A stretch of DNA of 64,000 nt from positions 47,516 to 111,515 of the forward strand of contig JBEKZX010000001.1 in the NCBI GenBank assembly GCA_049509455.1, read 5' to 3'. Positions within the stretch are counted from its first letter, which is position 1; the number at the start of each line of letters is the position of its first letter. A program made the translations under genes and the position numbers. Positions 8,401 to 17,827 of the stretch are shown in pieces. Origin of the DNA: Conexivisphaerales archaeon. Its GTDB lineage: Archaea > Thermoproteota > Nitrososphaeria > Conexivisphaerales > DTJL01. Below the pieces are notes generated by a model. It saw only the letters and a list, made by a program, of their open reading frames with translations. It ran no database searches and was not told the origin of the DNA.

Positions 8401-8782
8401 CCACCATATGGTGGCCGACAAGATACACGCCCGCGCCCGCGGCCAGGTGCAGATGCTCACCAAGCAGCCCACTGAAGGGAGGGCCCGCGGCGGAGGCCTC
8501 AGGTTCGGAGAGATGGAGAGAGACTGTCTAATAGCCTACGGCGCGGCCATGGTTCTGAAGGACAGGCTCCTCGAGGAGTCCGACAAGACGGAGGTCCACA
8601 TCTGCGAGAAGTGCGGGCTCATCGCCTACTATGATTCGCGGCAGCGCAAGTACGTATGCAAGGTGGACGGCGACTCGAGCAAGATCTCAACAGTCACGGT
8701 GGCCTACGCCTTCAAGCTGCTCCTTCAAGAAATGATGAGCCTGGTGATAGCGCCACGCTTGAAGCTGAAGGACAAGGTCTAG
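5411..8782 (+). CDS. rpoB: DNA-directed RNA polymerase subunit B (Rpo2), unsplit
   Basis: A 1123-aa protein with GDKFASRHGQKGV, the RFGEMERDCL motif and a C-terminal Zn ribbon (CEKCG...CKV). It is a single continuous ORF. Confidence 0.97.
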   Translation: MMESTSTTLTDGWPIIEDILRKEGVARQHLNSYNEFVARGLQSIIDEVNEADIETASGSYKVKFGKVILDRPRVVEIDGSISYVLPSEARLRNLTYGAPLYLEITIIDPQLGPAGQVTQKFHIGDLPVMVKSNLCALFGLSDDQLIGAGEDLKDPGGYFVINGSERVIVGLEDLSPNKILVETDKSGGKVSHKAKIYSSIVGYRSKLELELKPDGALYVKLPASPVDLPFVIVLRALGINTDKEVADMVSVKSFIQDQLETTFEKSAEALTSQEALMYIGNRVAHGMMDELRLKRAEMLLDWYLLPHLGRQPSNRLDKAAFLGEAACKLLELRLGYIDQDDKDHYGNKVIKFAGQMLADLFRTAFRNMVRDMKYQLDRVGQRRGPAVVGAAIRPGIITDKLANAIATGNWGRGKVGVTQLLDKTNYLSTLSHLRRIQSPLSRSQPNFEARDLHSTHFGRICPNETPEGSNCGLVKNLALSAIISVTSSSHEVLNKPFALGVMRYGEAVAELKESGAKVFVDGRMVGYVDDAFRLASAFRRLRRRGEIPSDVSIYVYKPEMANATVRVYISASAGRVLRPLIVVENGRPLVTADMIEKVKTGMLGWRDLVSQGVLEVVDANEEENAYIALDAKDLTAQHTHLELYTPAILGVAGSLIPYPEHNQSPRNTYESAMAKQALGFSTSNFGTASYVRQHLAVYPQVPVVKTRSHTLINMDERPMGQNAVLAVLSFEGYNIEDAVVLNKSSVDRGLGRTFFYRLYEAEAQQYLGGMKDRFELPSADANIRGFRGEKFYRLLEPDGVVMSEAVVSGGDVLAGRTSPPRFMEEYKEFEVKGPYRRDTSIAVRPSESGVVDSVFMTQTVEGNKIYKIRVRDQRIPELGDKFASRHGQKGVVGLLVNQEDMPYTEQGIVPDVIMNPHAFPSRMTVGQFLESLAGKAAALRGSPVDGTAFLGEKPKGIKDILKQFGFLESGREVMYDGRTGKRYPADIYTGVVYYQKLHHMVADKIHARARGQVQMLTKQPTEGRARGGGLRFGEMERDCLIAYGAAMVLKDRLLEESDKTEVHICEKCGLIAYYDSRQRKYVCKVDGDSSKISTVTVAYAFKLLLQEMMSLVIAPRLKLKDKV

Positions 8783-8794
8783 AGGTGTATTGAG

Positions 8795-11700
8795 ATGGAA
8801 GAAGCGATTAAGACCGTGGGCGGAATCGGGTTCTGTGTCTTCTCGCCTTCGGAGGTCAGGAAGTACTCTACAGTCGAGATCACCGTCCCCGAGACCTACG
8901 ATGAGGACGGAATGCCGGTCCAAGGAGGCCTCATGGACAGCCGCCTGGGCGTCCTGGAGCCGGGCCAGAAATGCGGCACGTGTGGCAACACCAGCGCCCG
9001 CTGCCCCGGCCACTTCGGCCACATCGAGCTCGCCGAGCCCGTGTTACACGTCGCCTTTGTCACGATCACCCACACGCTCCTTGTAGCCACCTGCCGCAGC
9101 TGCGGCCGGGTCCTCCTCCCCGAGGACGAGGTCAAGGCCTACAGAGAACAGATTAAGGTCAAGGGGTACACGACCCCCAACATCGTGGAGCGGATCTCTA
9201 AGGAGATAGTCGCCAAGGCGAAGAAGGCCAAGGTCTGCCCGCACTGCGGCAAGAAGAAGCTGGAAGTCGAGTTCACCAAGCCCCACCTGTTCCACGAGAT
9301 AAACGACGAAGGAGGCGCCGTCCGCCTCCTTCCCGCGGCCATAAGAGAGCGCATGGAGAGGATACTCGACGAGGACCTCGTCCTGCTGGGCTTCGACCCG
9401 ACGTCGGCCAAGCCGGAGTGGCTAGTCCTTCAGGTCCTCCCTGTGCCCCCCGTCACCGTCAGGCCCTCTATCACGCTAGAGACGGGCATCAGGTCCGAGG
9501 ACGACCTCACTCACAAGCTCGTTGACATCCTCAGAGTCAACCAGAGAGTACGCGAAAGCAAGGAGTCGGGCACGCCGCCCCTCATCGTACAGGACCTCGT
9601 CGACCTTCTGCAGTATCACGTCACCACTTACTTCGACAACGAGGTCTCCGGCATACCGCAGGCCCACCACAGGTCTGGGAGGCCGTTGAAGACCATCAGC
9701 CAGAGGCTGAAGGGCAAGGAAGGACGCTTCAGAGGGAGCCTCTCAGGCAAGAGGGTAGACTTCTCCAGCCGCACGGTCATCTCCCCGGACCCCAGCCTCG
9801 ACATCTCCGAGGTGGGCGTACCCGCGGAGGTGGCGAAGAAGCTCACCGTTCCCGAGAAGGTGGCCCCATGGAACATCGAGCACCTGAAGAAGCTGGTCAT
9901 CAACGGCCCCACGACCCATCCAGGCGCCAACTACATCATCCGGCCCGACGGCGTGAAAATCCGCCTAGAGTTTGCCGGCGACCGGCAGGCCATCAGCGAA
10001 GCTCTAGCTCCTGGATACGTCGTCGAGAGGCACCTGAGCGACGGCGACGTCGTGCTGTTCAACCGCCAGCCTTCGCTGCACAGAATGTCCATCATGGCCC
10101 ACTTTGTGAAGGTCCTCCCGTACAGGACCTTCAGGCTTCACCCAGCAGTCTGTCCCCCCTACAACGCCGACTTTGACGGGGACGAGATGAACCTCCACGT
10201 CCCTCAGGGAGAGGAAGCGCGCTCCGAAGCCCTGACCCTTATGCGGGTCCAAGACCAGCTCATCTCGCCCAGGTACGGCGGCCCCATTATCGGGGCGATA
10301 AGGGACTTCCTGACGGCCGCCTTTCTGCTGACTAGGGACGGGGTTTTCCTTTCCAAGACCGAGTTCTCCAATCTGGCATACGCCGGTGGATACACGGGAG
10401 AGCTTCCGCCTCCGGATAAGAAGGAGCCCGAGGAGCTCTACACCGGCAAGCAGCTCTTCAGCCTGTTCCTTCCCAAGGACTTCAACTACGTGCTGACCTC
10501 GAAGTGGTTCAAGGCCAAGGGCGGCAAGAAGGGCAAGGACGTCGTCGTAAGGGAGGGCGTCCTAGAGTCCGGAGTCATCGACAAGGCCTCGATCGGAGCC
10601 GAGGAGCCCGACACCATCCTCCACAGGATAGTGAAGGACTACGGCACCGACGCGGCTAGGACCTTCCTTAACTCCATCCTCAGGATCCTAAGAGCTTACA
10701 TCACCTCGGTGGGCTTCTCATTCGGCTTCGACGAGCTGGAGCTCAGCACCGATGCCGTCAAGGAGATTTACGACATTATAGGTGCGTCCTACGGCAGCGT
10801 CGGAGACCTCTACAAGAAGTACGACGCGGGTAAGCTGCCCTTGATTAAGGGCCTCAAGCCCGAGGCGGCCCTGGAACAGTACATCATGAGCGAGTTGAGC
10901 AAGGCTAGGGACCACGCCGGCCGCGTGGTCGAGAGGACCCTCCCCGACACGAACTCCGGCATCGTAATGGCCAAGACGGGAGCGAGGGGCTCTTCGCTCA
11001 ACCTCGGGCAGATGACGGCCATCGTCGGACAGCAGTCGGTGCGAGGCAAGCGCATCACCAGGGGCTACTACCACAGAGCGTTGGCCCATTTTAAGCAGCT
11101 GGAGAAGAACCCCGACGCGTACGGGTTCGTGAAGTCCAACTACCGGGAGGGCCTCGACCCCATCGAGTTCTTCTTTCACGCCATGGGCGGGCGGGAAGGC
11201 CTCGTTGACACGGCCGTTAGGACCCAGCAGAGCGGCTACATGCAGAGGAGGCTGGTGAACGCCATGGAACACGTCAGGGTGGAGTACGACTCCACCGTCA
11301 GGGATCCTCAGGGCAACCTCATTCAGTTCAGGTACGGAGAAGACGGCGTCGATCCCTCCAAGAGCGACCATGGCAAGGCCGTCAACGTCGACAGGCTTAT
11401 CGACTCGCAGGAGCTGCTCGACGACAAGACCCCTCCCAGGATAAAGGAGACCGAGGCGAAGGCCATGGTCAAAGGCTACAACGAGAGGCTCAACCCCAGG
11501 CTCGCCGAGGAGCTCGAGGAGGCCCTGAAGAAGGGAGGGCTCAGCAAGAAGTCGTCCAAGGCGGTATGCGAAACCACGGTGGCGCTGTACAAGAAGGCGC
11601 TCGTGGAGCCGGGCGAGGCCATGGGCGTCGTAGGCGCGCAGTCCATCGGCGAGCCGGGCACACAGATGACCCTCAGGACGTTCCACTTCGCAGGCGTAAG

Positions 11701-12589
11701 AGAGAGGGACGTCACCCTGGGCCTGCCTAGGCTCATCGAGCTGGTGGACGCACGCAAACAACCCAGCACACCTACCATGGATGTCTACCTCGACGAAGAG
11801 CACAAGGTCAGCCAGGAGAAGGCGTTAGAGGTGGCCAGAGAGATACTCTTCACCAAGGTGGGCGACCTCGTCAAGCAGGTCAAGAAGGACTACGCGGAGA
11901 TCTCCTTCGAGTTCGTCCTAGACGCGGAGAAGATGGCCGAAAGGGCTTGCACCATCGAAACCATCACCTCTGTCATAAAGTCACCCAAGAACAAGACCAA
12001 GGTGGACGAGAAGGGGAGGTTCTTCAAGATCCTAGTGGACAACTTCGAGGACCAAGCCTCCATCAGCGTCAGGGACAAATCGCTCAACACCAGAGTCAAG
12101 GGCGTCCCCGGGATCATGAGCGTCTCGGTCGTGCCCAAGGACTCCGAATGGATGATTCAGACGGCCGGCTCGAACTTGGGCAAGGTGCTGAAGCTCCCCG
12201 GAGTGGATGACACCAGGACCACGACCAACAACATCTACGAGATAGCCATGAACCTGGGCATCGAAGCCGCGCGCAACGCCATCGTCAGGGAGATACTCAA
12301 CACGCTGGACGAGCAGGGTCTCGAGGTGGACGTCCGCCACATCCTCCTAGTAGCGGACCTGATGACGAGCAAGGGCTTGCTCCAGCAGATTGGCAGGCAC
12401 GGGATCGCAGGCTCCAAGACCAGCGTCCTCGCCAGGGCGGCCTTCGAAATCACCGTCCCCACGTTGGCCGAAGCGGCCGCGAAAGGGGAGACGGAGGAGC
12501 TCAAGGGCGTGACCGAAAACGTTATTGTAGGTTCCACCATACCCGTTGGCACCGGGATGGTTGATATCTACATGAAGGGTGGCGAATGA
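8795..12589 (+). CDS. rpoA: DNA-directed RNA polymerase subunit A (Rpo1), with A' and A'' fused in one ORF
   Basis: A 1264-aa protein. It has the N-terminal Zn site (CGTCGN...CPGHFGH), the catalytic YNADFDGDEMNLH, and the A''-type trigger-loop region GEPGTQMTLRTFHFAGV. All lie in the same frame, with no stop at the usual A'/A'' junction (about 11390-11480). Confidence 0.97.
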   Translation: MEEAIKTVGGIGFCVFSPSEVRKYSTVEITVPETYDEDGMPVQGGLMDSRLGVLEPGQKCGTCGNTSARCPGHFGHIELAEPVLHVAFVTITHTLLVATCRSCGRVLLPEDEVKAYREQIKVKGYTTPNIVERISKEIVAKAKKAKVCPHCGKKKLEVEFTKPHLFHEINDEGGAVRLLPAAIRERMERILDEDLVLLGFDPTSAKPEWLVLQVLPVPPVTVRPSITLETGIRSEDDLTHKLVDILRVNQRVRESKESGTPPLIVQDLVDLLQYHVTTYFDNEVSGIPQAHHRSGRPLKTISQRLKGKEGRFRGSLSGKRVDFSSRTVISPDPSLDISEVGVPAEVAKKLTVPEKVAPWNIEHLKKLVINGPTTHPGANYIIRPDGVKIRLEFAGDRQAISEALAPGYVVERHLSDGDVVLFNRQPSLHRMSIMAHFVKVLPYRTFRLHPAVCPPYNADFDGDEMNLHVPQGEEARSEALTLMRVQDQLISPRYGGPIIGAIRDFLTAAFLLTRDGVFLSKTEFSNLAYAGGYTGELPPPDKKEPEELYTGKQLFSLFLPKDFNYVLTSKWFKAKGGKKGKDVVVREGVLESGVIDKASIGAEEPDTILHRIVKDYGTDAARTFLNSILRILRAYITSVGFSFGFDELELSTDAVKEIYDIIGASYGSVGDLYKKYDAGKLPLIKGLKPEAALEQYIMSELSKARDHAGRVVERTLPDTNSGIVMAKTGARGSSLNLGQMTAIVGQQSVRGKRITRGYYHRALAHFKQLEKNPDAYGFVKSNYREGLDPIEFFFHAMGGREGLVDTAVRTQQSGYMQRRLVNAMEHVRVEYDSTVRDPQGNLIQFRYGEDGVDPSKSDHGKAVNVDRLIDSQELLDDKTPPRIKETEAKAMVKGYNERLNPRLAEELEEALKKGGLSKKSSKAVCETTVALYKKALVEPGEAMGVVGAQSIGEPGTQMTLRTFHFAGVRERDVTLGLPRLIELVDARKQPSTPTMDVYLDEEHKVSQEKALEVAREILFTKVGDLVKQVKKDYAEISFEFVLDAEKMAERACTIETITSVIKSPKNKTKVDEKGRFFKILVDNFEDQASISVRDKSLNTRVKGVPGIMSVSVVPKDSEWMIQTAGSNLGKVLKLPGVDDTRTTTNNIYEIAMNLGIEAARNAIVREILNTLDEQGLEVDVRHILLVADLMTSKGLLQQIGRHGIAGSKTSVLARAAFEITVPTLAEAAAKGETEELKGVTENVIVGSTIPVGTGMVDIYMKGGE

Positions 12590-12927
12590 ACTTGGACAAC
12601 AAGAGGATCGCATCGGTGATCAAGGTTGCCATGAAATCCGGCAATGTGGTCCTGGGCGAGCGGGCTAGCCTCAAATCCCTCAAGAGCTCTAAGCTGGTCG
12701 TCGTGTCCGAATCCCTACTCAGCGAGGAGAGGGAAGCCGTCGAGAAGGCCTGCAAGGAGGCGGAGGTCCCCCTGCTGATATTCGAAGACTCGGCCGTGGC
12801 CTTGGGTGCGGCTGCAGGTAGATCGTTTCCCGTCAAGGTGCTCTCCGTGAAGAGCGCCGGGGATGCGGACATCGGCAAGCTGCTCAGACCCAAGGTCCCC
12901 GAGGGTGGCGCAGAGCAAAAGGCTTAA
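12586..12927 (+). CDS. rpl30e: ribosomal protein L30e (eL30)
   Basis: L7Ae/L30e-fold sequence (KSGNVVLGERASLKSLKSSKLVVVSE...). It occupies the conserved position after rpoA. Its ATG overlaps the rpoA stop (ATGA). Confidence 0.85.
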   Translation: MNLDNKRIASVIKVAMKSGNVVLGERASLKSLKSSKLVVVSESLLSEEREAVEKACKEAEVPLLIFEDSAVALGAAAGRSFPVKVLSVKSAGDADIGKLLRPKVPEGGAEQKA

Positions 12928-12976
12928 AGAACAGGCGGCGAGAGTTGCTTCGTTAGTTTAGGATTGCGGTGTTGGT

Positions 12977-13420
12977 TTGTCGTCTGAAATAAAGCTCACT
13001 TCCGAAGAGCTCGGCCTCATGGCCGTCTTCCAGAACGTCACCGGCGTCAGCTCGAGGGACTGCGTGATCGATCAGGCCGGGGATCGCATAATCTTTGTCC
13101 TCGAGAAGGAGTTCATGGGCCAGGCCATCGGCAAGAAGGGGCAGACCATAGCCAACCTCGAGAACGTTCTAGCGCGACCCATCGAGCTCGTCGAGTACTC
13201 CGATGACCCGCGTGAGTTCATCAAGAACGCTCTGGGCTCTAGGAACGTTTTCGAAGCCAAGGTGAACGAGAAGGCCGACGGCTCCAAGGTGGGCATCGTA
13301 ACGGTATCGACTAAGAACAAGGGGGCCGTGCTGGGGCGAGGCGGCAGGAACGCCGAGCGGGCGAGGATCCTTGCGAAGCGATACTTTGGCATCGAACACA
13401 TTCACATAATAACTCAGTGA
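12977..13420 (+). CDS. nusA: archaeal NusA-like transcription termination/antitermination factor (two KH domains)
   Basis: Two KH GxxG motifs (AIGKKGQTI, VLGRGGRNAERA). It occupies the conserved position between rpl30e and rps12. The start is TTG. Confidence 0.85.
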   Translation: MSSEIKLTSEELGLMAVFQNVTGVSSRDCVIDQAGDRIIFVLEKEFMGQAIGKKGQTIANLENVLARPIELVEYSDDPREFIKNALGSRNVFEAKVNEKADGSKVGIVTVSTKNKGAVLGRGGRNAERARILAKRYFGIEHIHIITQ

Positions 13421-13441
13421 AACGCCTATTGGAACCCAAAT

Positions 13442-13449
13442 CTTATATT
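13442..13449 (+). promoter_or_regulatory. putative TATA box upstream of rps12
   Basis: CTTATATT lies about 31-38 nt upstream of the TTG start at 13480, which suggests a very short leader or none. Confidence 0.35.
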
Positions 13450-13479
13450 GCTCCATGTCAGCGGGTTGATGACTGAGGC

Positions 13480-13920
13480 TTGGCGCACAAGTCACCCAGA
13501 GGCGAGTTCGCTGCCCGAAAGCTGCAGAGCCAGAGGCAGCAGCATCGCTGGTCCAACAAGTACTACAAGAGAAGGATGCTCAAGCTGGACGAGAAGGCGG
13601 ACCCCCTCGAGGCTTCCCCTCAGGCTAGAGGGATCGTGCTGGAGAAGGTGGGCGTTGAATCAAAACAACCCAACTCCGCCATCAGGAAGTGCGTCAGAGT
13701 TCAGCTGGTCAAGAACGGAAAGCAGGTCACGGCCTTCCTTCCGGGCGACGGTGCCCTGAACTACGTCGACGAGCACGATGAAGTCGTCATCGAAGGAATC
13801 GGCGGATCTCAGGGAAGGGCCATGGGAGACATCCCAGGCGTCCGGTGGCAGGTTTCCACCGTGAACGGAGTCTCGCTGGGTATGCTGGTAGTGGGCCGCA
13901 AGGAGAAGCCCAAGAGGTAG
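13480..13920 (+). CDS. rps12: ribosomal protein S12 (uS12)
   Basis: Carries [12 protein letters not shown]..., [24 protein letters not shown] and the GRKEKP tail. The start is TTG. Confidence 0.95.
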   Translation: MAHKSPRGEFAARKLQSQRQQHRWSNKYYKRRMLKLDEKADPLEASPQARGIVLEKVGVESKQPNSAIRKCVRVQLVKNGKQVTAFLPGDGALNYVDEHDEVVIEGIGGSQGRAMGDIPGVRWQVSTVNGVSLGMLVVGRKEKPKR

Positions 13921-13926
13921 ACGCCC

Positions 13927-14520
13927 ATGACGGAAAAGATTCTGCTATTCGGGAAATGGGACGTTTCTGAAGTCGAAGTCACCGACGTGGGCCTACAGAG
14001 GGTCCTTTCGCTGAAGCCCTCGGTCATACCCCACACGCACGGCCGTCATGAGCACAAAAAATTTGGCAAGGCGGACGTCAGCATCGTCGAGCGGTTGGCC
14101 AACTCTTTGATGCATTTCGGGAGGAAGGACGCGAAGAACACCGGCAGGATGGGCGGCAAGAAGCAGAAGAGCATGAACATAGTGAGCGCCGCCTTGGAAA
14201 TCGTCGAGCTGAAGACGGGCGAGAACCCCGTCCAAGTCCTCGTCCAGGCCGTCGAGAACGCGGCCCCCAACGAAGACACGACAAGAATAAGCTATGGAGG
14301 TGTCGTGTACCACCTCTCCGTCGACGTCGCACCCCTCCGCCGGATCGACCTGGCGTTGAGGTTCATAGCCGAAGGGGTGAGGGAGGCGGCATTCTCCTCC
14401 CAGCGTGGCATCGAAGAGGTTCTGGCCGAGGAGATAATCGCCGCCGCGAACAACGACGGCTCAAGCTTCTCCGTGAAGAAGAAGACGGAGCAGGAGCGCA
14501 TCGCCCTCTCTTCACGTTAG
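13927..14520 (+). CDS. rps7: ribosomal protein S7 (uS7)
   Basis: A 197-aa protein with the LFGKWD N-terminus, RLANSLM and the ...[11 protein letters not shown] pattern typical of archaeal S7. It follows rps12. Confidence 0.95.
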   Translation: MTEKILLFGKWDVSEVEVTDVGLQRVLSLKPSVIPHTHGRHEHKKFGKADVSIVERLANSLMHFGRKDAKNTGRMGGKKQKSMNIVSAALEIVELKTGENPVQVLVQAVENAAPNEDTTRISYGGVVYHLSVDVAPLRRIDLALRFIAEGVREAAFSSQRGIEEVLAEEIIAAANNDGSSFSVKKKTEQERIALSSR

Positions 14521-14586
14521 AACTCCTCGTGCTAAACCTTAAATAATATCTTCCTTGTGGTAATGCGTTAGTTAGGGTGCATCCAG

Positions 14587-15903
14587 TTGCCTGAGAAACC
14601 ACACTTGAACATCGTAGTCACCGGCCATATCGACCACGGCAAATCGACTACCATGGGTCACTTACTCTTCGAGCTCGGCGTCGTCGACCAGCGGCTCATT
14701 GACGAGTACGCGAAGAGCTCCGAAGAGACAGGCAGAGGCGACACTTTCAAGTTCGCTTGGGTCCTTGACCAGCTCAAGGAAGAGAGGGAGAGAGGCATCA
14801 CCGTGGACCTGGCGTTCCAGAAGTTCGAGAGCAAGAAGTACAGTTTCACGCTCATCGACGCCCCCGGACACAGGGACTTCGTAAAGAACATGATTACGGG
14901 AGCCAGCGAGGCCGACGCGGCCGTTCTGGTGATCTCGTCCAAACCCGGAGAGACGGAGGCGGGACTCGGCGAAGGCGGCCAGACCGTGGAGCACGCCTTC
15001 CTGCTGAAGACTCTGGGCGTCAACCAGCTGATCGTGCTGATTAACAAGATGGACGCCACCACCCCCACTCCCTACGACCAGAAGAGGTTCGAGGAAGTGA
15101 AGGCCGAGGCGTCGGCCCTTCTGAAGAAGGTGGGGTACAAAGTCGAAACGCTCAGCATCATACCGGTATCCGGCTGGAAGGGCGACAACCTCATCACCAG
15201 GTCCACCAACATGCCTTGGTACAAGGGTCCCACCGTGATGGACGCTCTGGACCTCCTGGTTGAGCCCTCCAAGCCCACAGACAAGCCACTGAGGATACCC
15301 GTCCAGGACGTCTACACTATCACCGGTGTCGGGACAGTCCCCGTCGGCAGGGTGGAGACGGGAGTCCTGAAGCCCAACGACGTCGTGGTGGTGATGCCTA
15401 CGGGGGTAAAGGGTGAAGTCAAGACCATCGAGACTCACCACTCCCAGATTCCGCAAGCCATACCCGGGGACAACATCGGCTTCAACATCAGGGGCATAGC
15501 CAAGACCGACATCAAGAGGGGCGACGTCGTAGGCTCCCCCAACTTCCCGCCCTGCGTGGCGAAGGAATTCGTGGGCCAGATAATCGTAGTGTTCCATCCG
15601 ACAGCCATCGCCGCAGGCTACACCCCAGTCCTTCATGCGCACACTCTGCAGGTCGCGGCCTCAGTGAGCGAGCTGGTGTCGAAGATCGACCCGCGCACCG
15701 GCCAGGTGGTGGAGGACAAGCCCAAGAGCCTGAAGACGGGCGACGCGGCCATCGTGAAGATAAGGCCGCTTAAGCCCGTCTGCATCGAGACCTACAAGGA
15801 CTTCCCCGAGCTGGGAAGGTTCGCTCTTAGGGACTCGGGCAGGACGGTGGCGGCCGGCATCGTGAAGGAAATAACCATCAAGCAGGAAGTCCAGGTCAAG
15901 TAG
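14587..15903 (+). CDS. tuf: translation elongation factor EF-1 alpha (aEF1A)
   Basis: GTPase motifs GHIDHGKST, DAPGHRDF and NKMD. The protein is 438 aa and starts with TTG. Confidence 0.97.
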   Translation: MPEKPHLNIVVTGHIDHGKSTTMGHLLFELGVVDQRLIDEYAKSSEETGRGDTFKFAWVLDQLKEERERGITVDLAFQKFESKKYSFTLIDAPGHRDFVKNMITGASEADAAVLVISSKPGETEAGLGEGGQTVEHAFLLKTLGVNQLIVLINKMDATTPTPYDQKRFEEVKAEASALLKKVGYKVETLSIIPVSGWKGDNLITRSTNMPWYKGPTVMDALDLLVEPSKPTDKPLRIPVQDVYTITGVGTVPVGRVETGVLKPNDVVVVMPTGVKGEVKTIETHHSQIPQAIPGDNIGFNIRGIAKTDIKRGDVVGSPNFPPCVAKEFVGQIIVVFHPTAIAAGYTPVLHAHTLQVAASVSELVSKIDPRTGQVVEDKPKSLKTGDAAIVKIRPLKPVCIETYKDFPELGRFALRDSGRTVAAGIVKEITIKQEVQVK

Positions 15904-15931
15904 GGTTCGAATCCCGTTTCTGTATTGTTCG

Positions 15932-17725
15932 CTAACCTAGCACGGGCTCTACGAACCTGAACGTTCTTGTGTTCAGCAGCCCCTTGTCGCTCAGCCTCAG
16001 CTCCGGGAGGACGGTGAGGGTTATCAGAGACATCGTCATGAAGGGTTCTACCATCTCACAGCCCATCCTCCTCCATGCTTCAAGGAGGCCCTCTGCCTCC
16101 TCGGCGACCTCTTCGACCGGCCTCTCAGAGAGGAGCCCGGCCACTGGGAGCCGAATCGAGCCGACGACGTGCTTCCCCCTGACCGCCACCATCCCCCCTC
16201 CCTGCTCTGTGACCGTCCTAGCTGCGAAGGCCATGTCCCTTTCGTCGGCTCCCACCAGGAGCAGGTTGTGTGAGTCGTGCGCGACCGTCGATGCCACGGC
16301 CCCGTCCTTGAAGCCGAAACCTTTCGTGAATGCTACGGCCTTGTTCCCTCTTCCATGGTGCCTCTCTACGACGGCGACCTTCAGGACGTCCTTTGAGCGA
16401 GAGATTTGCGCTTCGCTGTCCCTCACGGCCACTTCCTCGATGAGCTCCTTAGTATACACGCTGCCCCCCGTCACCCCTATGGCCCTGACCTCCACGGTCC
16501 CCCGTTCCTCGGGTGCCCTTATCACAAAATCTTCGGGGACGGGGAGGCGCTTGAGATGAATCGACTCCACCATCTGCTTGGGAGCCTTCGGCTGCTTGAT
16601 GTCGACTTCCAGGCGACCGTCCCTGGCTACGACTCTGCCGTCGGCCATCACCATGGAGGGCCTGAAGTCCTCCAGAGACGGGAGCAACAACAGGTCGGCG
16701 CTCCTCATGGGCGAAATGGATCCCAGATAGCGTCCCATTTCATAGTGTTCGGCCGGGTTTATCGTGGCCATCTGGATGGCCACGACGGGGGAGACGCCCT
16801 CTTCGACGGCCCTCCTCACCACATGGTCCATGTGGCCTTCCCTCACTAGGGAGCCTGGCTCCCTATCATCGGTCACGAGGCAGACGTGGCGACTGTCCAC
16901 CCCTCCCTCGGTTACTGCCCTGATGGTCTCCTTCAGGTCAAGCCACGCCGAGCCCTCCCTCACCTGGAGGTACATACCCCTCCTCAGCTTCTCGACAGCC
17001 TCCTCCTTGCTCGTCGCTTCATGGCACGACGTGATCCCTGCGGCCACGTATGCCGACAGAGATCGGTCACGGAGGCCAGGGGAATGGCCTTCCACCAGCA
17101 TCCCAGCTTCGAGGGTTGCCCGAATCTTTCCCATTACGTTCTTGTCCAGGCTCAGGACCCCGGGATAGTTCATCATCTCGCCCAGGGCCACCACGTTCGG
17201 CCACTTCAGCGCCTTCGAAATATCAAGGGGGCCTATGGCCGCGCCCGCCGTTTCGAACCCCGGGAAGGCTGGCACGCACGAAGGCAGGGTGAAGTAGACC
17301 TTCAAGGGGAGGGAAAGAGACTCCCTGAGCATGTACCTGACCCCCAACATCCCCATGACGTTCCCGATTTCATGAGGGTCCACGAAGACCGTGGTCGTCC
17401 CCCTGGGGAGGACGGCCCTCGCAAACTGGGTAGGCGTGACCATGGAGCTCTCTATGTGCATGTGAGCGTCGATGAGCCCGGGGGCAAGGTACATCCCTCT
17501 CGCGTCGATGACCTCCGTACGGGGTCCCACGGTATGCTTAGCTTCCCCCACCAGCGCTATCCTGTCCCTTTTGACGGCGACGTCCACGTCCTCCTCTATC
17601 TCGCCTGTGTTGACGTTCACAAGACGAGCATGGCGAATGACCGCGTCGGCATAGGTGCGACCCATAGCGGTGTCGACGAGAAGACCTCCGATGGCGCTAG
17701 GTCGGCTGCGCCACTTCACAGACAT
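15932..17725 (-). CDS. ade: adenine deaminase
   Basis: A 597-aa amidohydrolase. GLIDAHMHIESSMVTP...VDPHEIGNV is typical of Ade. The start may be an internal ATG about 20 codons downstream. Confidence 0.85.
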   Translation of the reverse strand: MSVKWRSRPSAIGGLLVDTAMGRTYADAVIRHARLVNVNTGEIEEDVDVAVKRDRIALVGEAKHTVGPRTEVIDARGMYLAPGLIDAHMHIESSMVTPTQFARAVLPRGTTTVFVDPHEIGNVMGMLGVRYMLRESLSLPLKVYFTLPSCVPAFPGFETAGAAIGPLDISKALKWPNVVALGEMMNYPGVLSLDKNVMGKIRATLEAGMLVEGHSPGLRDRSLSAYVAAGITSCHEATSKEEAVEKLRRGMYLQVREGSAWLDLKETIRAVTEGGVDSRHVCLVTDDREPGSLVREGHMDHVVRRAVEEGVSPVVAIQMATINPAEHYEMGRYLGSISPMRSADLLLLPSLEDFRPSMVMADGRVVARDGRLEVDIKQPKAPKQMVESIHLKRLPVPEDFVIRAPEERGTVEVRAIGVTGGSVYTKELIEEVAVRDSEAQISRSKDVLKVAVVERHHGRGNKAVAFTKGFGFKDGAVASTVAHDSHNLLLVGADERDMAFAARTVTEQGGGMVAVRGKHVVGSIRLPVAGLLSERPVEEVAEEAEGLLEAWRRMGCEMVEPFMTMSLITLTVLPELRLSDKGLLNTRTFRFVEPVLG

Positions 17726-17827
17726 TTAAATTCAATCGTCGTCCGTTTCTATTAAGTGTTTACGGTCGAGTCTGTAAGGTCTTGACATACGATGCCCCCC
17801 TGACAGACAGTTTGGGCGAAATGTCCA

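Noticed and set aside
10718-11803. A 361-aa minus-strand ORF inside rpoA. Similar long antisense ORFs occur at 5615-6265 and 6611-7537 in rpoB, and at 9044-9295 and 12032-12340 in rpoA.
   Set aside because: They lie antisense to unmistakable RNA polymerase genes. They are rich in Arg/Gly/Pro/Leu/Val, as expected when a GC3-rich gene is read backwards, and I recognised no motifs.
14662-15642. A 326-aa minus-strand ORF antisense to EF-1 alpha.
   Set aside because: It is a shadow frame of a highly conserved gene, with no recognisable domain.
16886-17755. A 289-aa plus-strand ORF (plus 15969-16559 and 16406-16849) antisense to the adenine deaminase gene.
   Set aside because: The minus-strand product has clear amidohydrolase motifs, whereas the plus-strand products are low-complexity Pro/Arg/His-rich.
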